Assembly: GCA_016748015.1 (NCBI GenBank)
Contig: JAAOMT010000309.1
Coordinates: forward strand, 1 to 64,000
Reading direction: 5' to 3'
Origin: Geosiphon pyriformis uo1
Lineage: Eukaryota > Fungi > Glomeromycota
DNA: 64,000 nt
Shown one piece after another: positions 24,131 to 34,990 of this stretch. The stretch's first letter is position 1. The number at the start of each line of letters is the position of its first letter. The notes beneath the pieces were generated by a model. It was not told the origin of the DNA. It worked only from the letters and a program-made list of their open reading frames with translations, and did no database searches. The position numbers were made by a program, and so were the translations under genes.

Positions 24131-24989
24131 TGTTACAAGTGATTATTTGGGGTCTCAAAGCAAATAACAAACTTGTAACTTGGTGCTTAATTAATATAAT
24201 GATAATGATTTCTGAATGTCTGGTTGATCTGAAGATTTTGCTTATCTGAAGGTTTTGTTTTGGAGTTTTTTGTATAATGGGCAGAGATTTAATAGTTGTT
24301 TCAGTAGCCTTTTGGAATCACAATTTCATCAAATTTCTTTCTCAGCTTGGTGGCCAGTAATTCTCTTAGTAAGCTATCCTCAAATTTATGAGTGTTCTAC
24401 CCTTGTTTCATGGGTCTTTTACCAGTCTCTATATCCTGACATCAGTACTTCAGTGCTTAAATTTTAATCAATTTAGTAACAACAAAAAAAATAACAATAG
24501 AAAAATAAAAAAAATAAAAAAAATAAAAAAATAAGCCAAGGTGATTTTACAAGTTAGTATTTCATTAATAGCCATAATCAAAAGCTATTGTTTCAGTATG
24601 GTTAAGTATGAATTACTATCAACATAAAGTGTTGATTGTAGAAAGTGGATTGAAAGATTGAATAATTATTTATTGATATTTGTGATGTGGAAAGTTGCTT
24701 AGATTAAATCTAAACAAAGAGGTCTGTCTTTTTTACTTCTAACACTATCACTATATATACATAATTAAGATTCCTCAATTCCTCAATTCTTCACACCAGG
24801 AATTTTGGAATTTCTTTTGAGAGGAATCCTGGAATTCTGGAATTCTGTAATTCCTTGTACAAAAATCCAAAAATTCCTGGAATCTTGCAATTCCTCTTGA
24901 GAGAAATCCTGGAATTTCACATTTACTACAGCTACTTCTGATTGGCTAATTATATACTAATATATACTTCCTATGTTTTATAAGTAACA
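24131..24989 (-). repeat. LTR family B, 3' LTR (859 bp)
   Basis: TGTTAC...GTAACA termini with an adjacent PPT (minus strand aaaaagagggaataa). Partial copies at 44181-44573 and 49356-49443. The link to the dUTPase-bearing pol is inferred from contig order only. Confidence 0.88.
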
Positions 24990-25534
24990 TTATTCCCTCT
25001 TTTTAATATTGAGCTCTGTTGAGATCTCCCAAATCTCCTAATTCTAATTTTCTATCTTCAATTATTTCTTGAACTTCTTTTTCAAGAATTACTTGGGTTA
25101 TCTTGTTTTGTAATTCTTCAAATTGGGTGTTGGTTATTTTTTCCATTTGGTTTACTGTATAAAGTCCATTTCTGAATTAAATAAGATTTCTGGTCTGTCT
25201 TGAAATCCAGTATATAACCAATATATGGCTCTTGCTTGTGTAGTTAAATTGCTCTTTCCCACAAATTGTTTCAGTTGTTGCAGTATTATTGTGTCAAATA
25301 GTTATTTTGTCTTATCTATATATAAGTTTTGAATATTCAAGTATCATTCCAAGTGAAAATAACAAAAGTTTCTTGGAAATTTGTGTATTCACTATTTTCA
25401 AGTTTCTTTGATCAACTCTTAATATGTGGCAATAATTATTGGTTTTTTTATTGTTATTTTTATTTTCTGAACCATTTTATTGATAGTATTTTCTGTTTTT
25501 CTTTGACTTTTGTATTTAGATATCTTTCTGGTAT
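24990..25534 (-). pseudogene. Gypsy-B post-integrase accessory ORF remnant
   Basis: CYFHLE*YLNIQNLYIDKTK*LFDTIILQQLKQFVGKSNLTTQARAIYWLYTGFQDRPEILF.../TVNQMEKITNTQFEELQNKITQVIL. Duplicate at 44574-45115. Confidence 0.65.
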
Positions 25535-25584
25535 NNNNNNNNNNNNNNNNNNNNNNNNNNNNNNNNNNNNNNNNNNNNNNNNNN

Positions 25585-26287
25585 ATATTTACATAAAACC
25601 AGTATTATTTGAATTTTTTGAGAGTTCTTTTACTGAAAGAGATATAGATGACAGTACATTAAGTTCTTAATGAATACTTACTAATTTATTATTAATTGTA
25701 TCTAGTTTCAAGGTATTTTGATTAAATGCTCTTAATTATTTGTGCAATCTTGAAACATTAGAGAAATCTTATCTAAATTGATTTGTGTATTCAATGATCA
25801 ATACAGCACTTTGGATATTTGGGAGAAAAAACTATATTTAGTAGTTTTACTGATTTGATTTTTAATATTGTAAAAAGCATTTCTGGTCATAATAATCAAT
25901 GTATTTATATGATTTCTATAGTGGTGAAATTCATTTACAAACAAAAAAATCATGTATTTGTGCAGATAGAATAGGTTATATAAATGATGTCACAAATTAT
26001 CCTTTGATTTGTGGTAAAAAAGCAAGATCTAAGGCTTCTAAAAAGAAACAAGATAACGATAATATAAAGAATGTCATCAGCATGGTCTGTCTTTACAATA
26101 ATATTATTATTGGAAAAGCAAATACTTGACATTAATTGTTTGCTGATTTGCAAATTTATGGATTAATAACAATATTAAAGTATTATTAACGATGCTTGAC
26201 TTTTATAATATGAATTGTAATATAATGCTTTAAACTAAGTGTGGACATAATCTCTTAACATATTTGAATATTTTTTTTAGATGCATA
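25585..26287 (+). pseudogene. Second copy of the PD-(D/E)XK-like pseudogene
   Basis: Aligns to 1512-2213 including the intron. The differences are mostly transitions (ADK versus ADR implies ancestral ADG). Confidence 0.6.
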
Positions 26288-26337
26288 NNNNNNNNNNNNN
26301 NNNNNNNNNNNNNNNNNNNNNNNNNNNNNNNNNNNNN

Positions 26338-27997
26338 AAATGTTGTCAGTAATTTCCATTTTTCTGAAGTCTTTCATCATGTTTACTATGTCTTTATATA
26401 TTTTTTTTATTGTTCTATTTTATGTGTTTGATCTAATAATTATGATTGGTTCAAGATCTTGTAGAATCTTATCTGTTCTGACTAATATTCTCTGTACTCC
26501 TAGTTGTGAAATATTACTGGTAAATAGTGATGCTGTATGATGATATTGTTTTAGTTAATCATCATGTGCTGCTTTGGTTAAGATTTTGTTGTTCAACCTT
26601 AATTTATAAGCTCTATTTCTTAAAATTTCTTCTATGTAAAATGGCCTGTTTTATTTGGGGTCAAATTTTCTACTCCATTGTTTTTCTGCTTTGGTATGAT
26701 ATAGAAGTACTTTGTCTCCAATCTTGAATTTTATTGGTTTCTCTGATAGTTGGTTATCATGTTTTTTTTTTTGTTTTTTTTTGTAACTTTTGGATGTTAT
26801 CAGCTGCTCTTTGTTATGTGTTTTCTAGTGTCTTCATTAAATTATATGTTCTTTTTAACAATGTTCTTTGAAAATTTTCTTCTGTTATTGGTTCTGTTAG
26901 ATATGTCTTGACTTTTATCTCAACTGGTAATGTTGCTGTCCTATTATATACTAATTCAAATAGTGTTGCTTGTATAGTGTCTTGTTTTATTGTTCAATAT
27001 GCTAATAATACTGATGGTATGATTAAATCTTATTCGTTCTGGTTTTCTTGGCTAATTTTGGCTATTGCTTCACACAGTGTTTTATTGAACCTTTTAACTA
27101 ACCCATTTGTTTGTAAATAGTATGATAATAATAATGGTCTTTTTATCCCAAATCTTTGACTTAATTCTGCTAATGTTTTATTCACAAAATGAGTTCCTTG
27201 ATCTGATAGTAGTTCTTTTGGACATCTGTGTTGACAAATCAAATCTTAATAGACAAATTTGGCAACAAATTCTGCATCTGCTCTTTGAATAGGTTTTGCT
27301 TCTGGCCATTTTGTGAGATAATCTATGACTACTGCAATATATCTGTTGCCTCTGCTGGTAATTGTTAATGGTTCAACTAAGTCAATTCCAATGTAATCAA
27401 ATGGTTGTCTTACTTTGATTGGTTTCAATGGTTTATTTGGTTTTGTTCTACCTCTTCTTTGACAAGCATTACAACTTTGAACATATTGAATAATATTCAA
27501 ATACATTGATGGCCAATAGTATCTTTTTCTGATTTTTTCTATGGTTGCTTCTTTGTGGAAATGTCTTGCTGTTAGATCCAAGTGCATGTTAAATAATATT
27601 GTCTCTTTCTTTGATTCTGTAATTACTCTCGTTAGTTGATCTGGATTTCTTTTGTTCTTTTGGTAAAGTATATTTTGATGGTTGATAAAATATTTTGATT
27701 GCTGTTTTATGTTGTTTTGTTTTTTTTGAGATAATTTCTTTTTGAACAATTGAGTATTTATATAATGTTGAAGTTGTTGGTATTTTTGTATATTCATGTT
27801 TTATTATATTTTTGTGTTGGAATGTTTTTAGATTTGTCTCATTTGTGATAATCTGTTGGCATTCCCGTTTTCTGTTCTTTTTTTATAATGGACTATATAA
27901 TTAAATGGTAAAAGTTCTATTTTCTATCTGATATGGTGATTGTCTGCAAATTCTTGTTTCTGAATTGAAGTCAATCCTTTGTGATTAGTATACACAT
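26338..27997 (-). mobile_element. Gypsy-B RNase H end and integrase (HHCC, DDE, GPY/F-like)
   Basis: NMHLDLTARHFHK...YYWP..CNACQ, IGIDLVEPL, DYLTKWPEA, LSDQGTHF, QTNGLVKRFNKTL, RPFYIEE. Confidence 0.92.
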
Positions 27998-28194
27998 TGT
28001 TATGGGATGGTTTTCTTGTTATATTTAATTGCTGATATCCCGCTTTAATTGCAATCAGTCTTTCATGAGTTCCTCAATTCTATTTGTGTGATAATGTTAC
28101 TGTTACACTGAAGGCTTTCTTTTTACTGTTGCGATATAAGTTATTCTTTAATTCTTGATTGTTGTGTGTGTTTATGTACTCCTTCTCAGAGGCT
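27998..28194. repeat. Start of another LTR (family C) inserted in Gypsy-B RNase H
   Basis: The Gypsy-B sequence (uninterrupted at ~22950-22970) switches to TGTTATGGG at 27998. The other end is lost in a gap. Confidence 0.6.
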
Positions 28195-28390
28195 NNNNNN
28201 NNNNNNNNNNNNNNTCTAATTTCTAAAATTACTAAAACAATATATTTGAAACCTAATATTAAGATTTTATTATTGTTAAAAATATAATTATGCTTTAATA
28301 ATATTAAAATTATATTTGTTATAAATATATTAAATATAAATTTTAATGTAAATATTGTTAAGTTTATTTTATTTAAAATTAAAAAAAAAA

Positions 28391-31300
28391 ACTTCTTTCT
28401 CTCTTATCTCCAAAAATCATCAAAAAAGCACATTTCCTGAAAAAGAAGTTTTTTATTTTTTTTTGTTAGTTTTTTCAATATTTCTTTAAATAATAACTCT
28501 TTTGTCATATTTAAAGACTGTTTTAGGTAGTAATATGTCAAAAAAGAAGGCACCCAAAGATGCTTTTTATGATCCTGCTGGTGGTTCTTGGAAATATTAA
28601 ACACTTTGGTAATGAGAAGAATATTTTTTTAAGTAAATCTGGATCTAATAATAGTGTTTATTCTAATATGGATAGTCTGTCTGGTGATAATAAAGATATT
28701 GGCATGACTGGTGTGAATGGTCAATCTTTTCTGGGTTCGGATGCAACCACTTTCAAGACAAAACATATCAATACTGGTATAGTGTTTGGCTTTCCACTTG
28801 GCTCTCCTGATTTTACTATAGATGATGATAAAATTACACTTCTCCCTCACTTGTCTATCTCTCTAAAAAAAAAGTGAATTGATCCAAAGATCATCAAAAC
28901 TCTAGTGGAAGTATCAGTCAAAAAATTGTTTACTTTGGATATTAATCTTTCAGCAGTAGAAAGCAAATCAGCCACAGCAAAAACTCAGCTTATTAAAAAA
29001 TTTTTTTCAACAATTAATAGTTTTGGGGGGGCCACTACCCCCTTAAAATTTGAAAGAATCATTCATTCAACATTTACTTCAGAAGCAAGCATAGAAGTGG
29101 CCACATCATTAGCCAGAGAAAAAGGGATCAATGTAAACAGTGATCTTAAGAGACAAGAAATGAAGTCAGATCGGGCTGTGGTGATTAAAAAAATTTCCAT
29201 AAACACACCTAAAGATATGATTATTACTGCAGTATCTGAATTTGGGAAAATTAAGTCGATCAAAATTCAACTAATTGGAATGTAACAAAAGACTATAGTG
29301 GAGTTTGCTGAATTAGGCCAAGCTAATTTATTAGCCTCTAAGTGGTTATTCCTGATTGGTAAGAATTCTGTGTGCATAGCCAAAGCAGTGTAAGATCATG
29401 AGACTTGGGTATTAAGAGATCAGTTCAGAGCACTTTTGTTTATTTTGCTGGTGGGAACAATAGCACATAATCTTGGGACTTTTCTGGAAAGGGCTGGTGG
29501 GAAAACTTGCATTATAAATAGATATCTGGAAACTGGTAATAAAATTTGTTGTGCTGTAGTTGGTTTTGAATTTAACAATGATATGGAATTCGTTTTTTGC
29601 ATAGAGCCAATTTTTGGCAGAGTTAAACTCTCTTGGACAAAAATGAATATAATTTGGTGTGAAAAATGCAGGAAGTTTGGTCATTCTGCTTTGGAATGTG
29701 ATGCACCTGTTGTGTCCCCATTTGAGCCTTCAAGAACATTTAAAAAGATTGTATCTGATGAACATCATCTTCAGTTGGCAAAGTTGTATGAAAAGAAAAG
29801 TGTTTCAATATTTTGCTCCACTGCCTTTGGTGGTAAATCTTGGGCCCAAGTGGTCTCACTTGCTGGTTTTTCTAGTGGTTTTCATTTCAGTTCTGGTTCC
29901 AGTTCTAGCCTCTCTTTTTTTGGTGCCTCAGATTCTAACATTGGCTCTTTTCTTACTTTAGCTAACAACTCTTTTTTAAATGCTTATCTGGCCATTTTGG
30001 AATGCTTATTGAAGCTCTTAACAGATCAGGTGTCTGGTATATTAAAAAAGTTAAGTGGCATAGAACTGGTACCAATAGCAACTCCTTTTTGTGTTTTTTT
30101 TCCAGTCACTCCCACTTCTTTGGTGCTGCATTTGAATGTGAATATAGCTATAGATGATATGTCATTGACTTCTGCTCCTTCTCTCTCAGCTGTTGATGAT
30201 GTGGTCCATAATTCTAGCTCAAGTTTTTCCAAGGTTCTGACCTCCAAGATGGGTGGATTGGAATCAAAAATGGTCTCAATCAGTTTAGTTTTAGAAAAGT
30301 TGGATTGTCTGTGTTCTGGTGCAGATTTCTCAGCTCTCCTTCCATCTCAATAAGTAGTTTAGTGTGGAAAGTGGCTATGTGTAATGTCAAAAACATAAAT
30401 AATCCTACCAAACAGAAAGATATTATTTGGTAGTATAAAAATATAGACAACATAATCTCTGTAGTTACTGAGACAAAGTTGAAAGACAAAGTTTGTCCTT
30501 GGATTATGAATAAATTTGATGGTGTTCAGGTGTTTACTTCTGGTTTAGAGTCTGGTTATTTGGGTGCAAACATTATCATAATTATGGATGTTTCTTTAGC
30601 AAAGCACGTGTGTAAAGTTTTTGAGGTGTCTGGTCGACTCATCTCTGTAAAATTGCTTTTTAAAAACAAACTTTCAGTGATGGTTTTGGGATTGTATGCA
30701 GATGCTACCTTGGAAAAGAGGCTGGCTTATTCTTACGTCATCAATTCAATAGTGGTTGAGGCTTTAAATGGCAGTACATTTGTTGTTCTTGGTGGTGACT
30801 TTAACAAAAATGATTTTGGTCACAGTATGAGTTTCAGGAAAGATCTGGATCTGAGTTTGTTTAATTTTTTACATGGTTTTCTTTCACACAGACTTCCCAC
30901 ATAGTCCAATTTGAGGGGTGTTAAAAAGTGCATAGACTTTATATTAGTTAGTGATGGTCTTCACAGTTCTTCTTTTAACCAAAAAGTTTACTGTTTAGCT
31001 GAATTTTTTGATTCTGACTACTTGGTTGTGTCAGTGGACATTGGTTTGGGGGGCCTCCTCAATTCTCAGCTTAATTCGATATGCAGACAGACTGCAAAAA
31101 AAAAATGAAGATACAAAGTCAGTAATGTCAGTGATGAAATTTGGAAAAGTTTGGAAATACATTGTTGGCTGCTGCTTCAAAGACTGCTGATAATTTTGAA
31201 TACCATACCACTAAAAATGATATCAATGGAATATGGATACTTCTCTGTCAGATGGTGTGCTCTACAGCAGGAGCTACTTTCGTGAAAACATAGTCCAGGA

Positions 31301-34300
31301 ATAACAGGTTGGTCAAGACTGTTGCATCTTCTAGATTTTATAAGTTGGAACTTTTGGTGGCAAAAATTTTGAATGCATACAAATCAGAGAATTTGGAAAG
31401 ATTTCAGGCTTTGGTTGATAAATGGCTCGACTTGGACTTTGATCAAGCTGTTAAGTTCAGGAGTTTCTTGGACAATAGTTATGACAAAGTGTTGGTTAAA
31501 CAATCACTGGCGCATTTTAGGAAATTATATAGGTTTCACAAGTTTTTAGACTTTAAGATTACTGAGGACTCATGAATTCAGATGGCCATTGATAAGTACA
31601 TAAAAGCTTTTGTGAACAACAAAAGTCAAATGATCAGAAGTGTGTTAGAGAAGCCTTTCAAAAAAGTTACATTGGATCATTTGGTTGATGATAGAGATTT
31701 GGTTCTAGAGCCTGATTTGGTCAAGGGCAGGGTGAATTCAATTATGGAAAATTGAACCAGGAAATGTACAGTTAAACCTTCTGTGCCTTTCCATTGACAA
31801 GAACAATTTTCTCCTTTCAATTATGTCAATGATAGTGTGTTTTCTGGCATGATGAATCAAATTGATTTTGATGAGTTCTCATTGGTGGTCAAGGATTTTC
31901 TTGATGGCAAAGCTGCTGGTTTGTTTGGTATCTCTAATGAGATATGGAAACACTATAATGAGTCTGTTCTGGTTCTTTTTTTGCATTTGCTCAACTTGTG
32001 CTTGGTGCATAAATCTATTCTAGATGCCTAGAGAGAAGCCTGGGTATCCATGATTCCGAAACCTTATGAGTGGGAAGAGGTCCTGACAAATACCAGACTT
32101 ATTGCTTTCATTGAAACTTTTAGGAAAATTCTTTCAAAGATTCTATCTGATTACATTTTAAGAGCCTGTAGCACACACAATGTTCTGTGTAGAGACAATT
32201 TTTCAGTGTTGAAAGGCACTTCTACTCAATCCTCTATTTTTGTTGTAGGTTTTGTTGTGGAAGATGTTTTGGAAAAAAACAGAAAACTCTAGTTGATACT
32301 TCAAGACATGCGCAAAGCTTATGATTCAGTAAGCTGATTGCATTTGAAAAGTAGTCTAGAGAGAATCAAAATGTGTGAAAAGTTTGTCAGGTTTTTTGGT
32401 CATATTCACAATGGCCACACAAATAGAATTATGATGAACTTTGGTTTGTCCAAGAGTTACAAAGTCCACAATGATCTGGACCAAAAAGAGGTTTTTTTTC
32501 CTCTTTTGTGGAGAATTTTTTATGATCCTCTGTTTTGTGAAGTGAAGAAACATGAGTCATTTTTTGGGTATTAGATTGATTCCAAATTCATGGCCAGAAC
32601 AGGCAAAATTGAGTTTAATGTTGGTTTGACTTCTTATTTGGCTGCTGGTGTTTTCATAGATGATACCATTTGGGTTGGCAATTGTTGTACAGTGACACAA
32701 AAAATTTTGAACATTTCTAGTAAGTTCTTTGATTTAATAGATATATCAATTAACACAGAAAAGACAGTTGCCATTCCTATTAACCCAAGGACCAGCAATA
32801 CCTCCTTGGAAGTAAGCAGATCTCCAATTTCAATCACAAAAGTTGGTGAAGCTCATCAGTATCTAGGTATTTTTTTGTCGACTAAAAATCTTTCTGGTCC
32901 GAGTTTAAAGAAGACAAATTCAGATGTCAAGTTTTTTTCATCCATAGTTTTGCACAAGGCTATCACAGACAAGCAGTTCTCTTATTTGGTATCAGCTGTT
33001 TTGCAGCCCATAGTAGAATATAGAACCCAATTTAGCTTTATTAATAGAAGCACATATAAGAAATGGAACCATATAATTAGAAAGGGGTTGAAGTCTAAAG
33101 CCAGTTTGCCTAAGAACTTTCCTAATGAGGCAGTACACTATCTTTTTTATTATTATTTGAAGCCCTTTGAATAAGTTCAGGCAGAAGCAAAAGTCTTATC
33201 AGTATTACAGTTTGCTAATGATAGTGGGTTAATAGGTCAACTATTTGGGCATAGATCAATAGACTTGCAAGTTTTGGGCTGGGTTCCTTAGAATCTTCTT
33301 CAATTTCCTGTTAAGTTGATAGTCAATCTGATGAACAATTTTCTGGCTGAAGTTACTACAATTTTTTTGCGTAATGGGATCTCTTTAGCTAATAGCTTGC
33401 CCAATGCTTTTTATTTCAAGCAAAATTTTTCCATTCTAGATATTTTGGGCCAGACAATGTATCTCTGGATTTGCAGATCACTAAAGCATTTTGGGATCAT
33501 TTTTACAGACCAGTTATTGAACAGTTATAGAGAGTATTTTAATTGGAAGGATTTTTGCCATTGGAAATGATTGGATCCCAAAGGTCCAGTTCCCTTATGG
33601 TTTATACTGGTTTCAGATTTTGTCAAGAGTAGTGGTTTAGTTAAAAGTTCCTCTTCTGCTTTTGAGTCCTCTTCCAAGTTGGATGTTTCTGATATAGACC
33701 ACTTTGGTTTCATCTGTTTTAATTTAAAAGATTTTTTTTTGCTGGTGATCTCAGTTTATACTAATGGTTCTGTTAAAGGCTTTGGTATTTCTGATGCTGT
33801 CGGAGAGACTGCCGCCTATTTTTCTGATCTGGGTTTGCACGTGGGTGTAGAAGTCTATGGTTTGCTATTATTCACTCTAGCTGAAATGCAGGCTGTTGCT
33901 TTGGCTCTTGAGTGCATTCCAGCCTCCTCGAATGTTACAGTTTTTTTTGACAATCAGGTTTTTTTGGATGCTTGTTAAGCTAAGTTGAGGTTGATAGCCC
34001 CAGATTTTTGCAACAGGTGCTGAATAGAACACCATCATATTAGCAATTTGGTCAAATATAAAAACATTTCTGTTATCTGGACAAAGGTGAAGAGTCACTC
34101 TGGTGTGTTGAACAATGAGTGCGCTGATAGGTTGGCTGATTTAGCCATATTGTTGAAACTTGTTTTTTCAGCCAACGTCAAAAAAAAATTTTTAATAACA
34201 GATGATAAGATGATTTCTGGCAATACACGTCACTTTGTCAGAATAACAAATAATACTGTTAGACATTTTCAGTAAGAATTTAGACCTGGTTTAAGCATTG

Positions 34301-34990
34301 TGGATCCTTTGTAGGTCAAGAACATAAATTGGGTTTGTACTGTCTTAGTCTGGCACCCTGATTCTCACATGCCTACAGGATATACAAGTAGAACCACCAC
34401 TGGTTTATGCACATATTTAATGAAAGCTTTACACAGGAAGCTGTCTATAGCTGTCAGAAAGTGCTTATATAATTGAAGTTATTTTAGTGTATTATGCATA
34501 TATTATAGGGAGGTGGATTTTTTAGATCATAGTTTTGTTTGTCACTTGGATTTTTTGATGCATCAGAGCTTGATAAGTAAGCATTTCTCTCTTTGGAAAT
34601 CTCTTACCAGGACAAACTTGTCATCATCTGTGGTTCTGCAGTCTCTGGCTTCTTCTGTGTCTGATGTTGATCTTTACACTGTTTTATGTAAGAGTCTTGT
34701 ATTTGAAGATTGGCTGGCAAATACTAAAGCATCTTTTGTGGATACTAAGCTTGCAATGTCTAATCTAATCAAGTTTGTTTGGAGTTTGGTTGTTGGCCAT
34801 AGGGAGTAAATTTGGGTGCTTAATTCAAAACTTCAAGCTAAGATAGAGCATCATGAGTTGTTATATGCAGATGGGTTTTTATATAATATCATTCGGGGTA
34901 TTTTTACTAAGGTTTCAAGTGGTATTGCTTGCTTACTAGGAATTGAGAGGGGTCATGTGACCAACTTTGGCCTAAGTACTGGCCATTTGT
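28391..34990 (+). mobile_element. LINE subfamily 2, copy c (5' end intact, 3' end replaced by Gypsy-B); ORF1 28535-30353, ORF2 from 30350
   Basis: The 5' end acttctttctctc matches the 5'UTR of subfamily 1. CCHC knuckle CEKCRKFGHSALEC; RT FIDD. Near-identical to 10102-16140. Confidence 0.93.

Noticed and set aside
24765-24920. CRISPR-like array
   Set aside because: The units are short, degenerate and lack unique spacers. They lie inside an LTR, and no cas genes are present.
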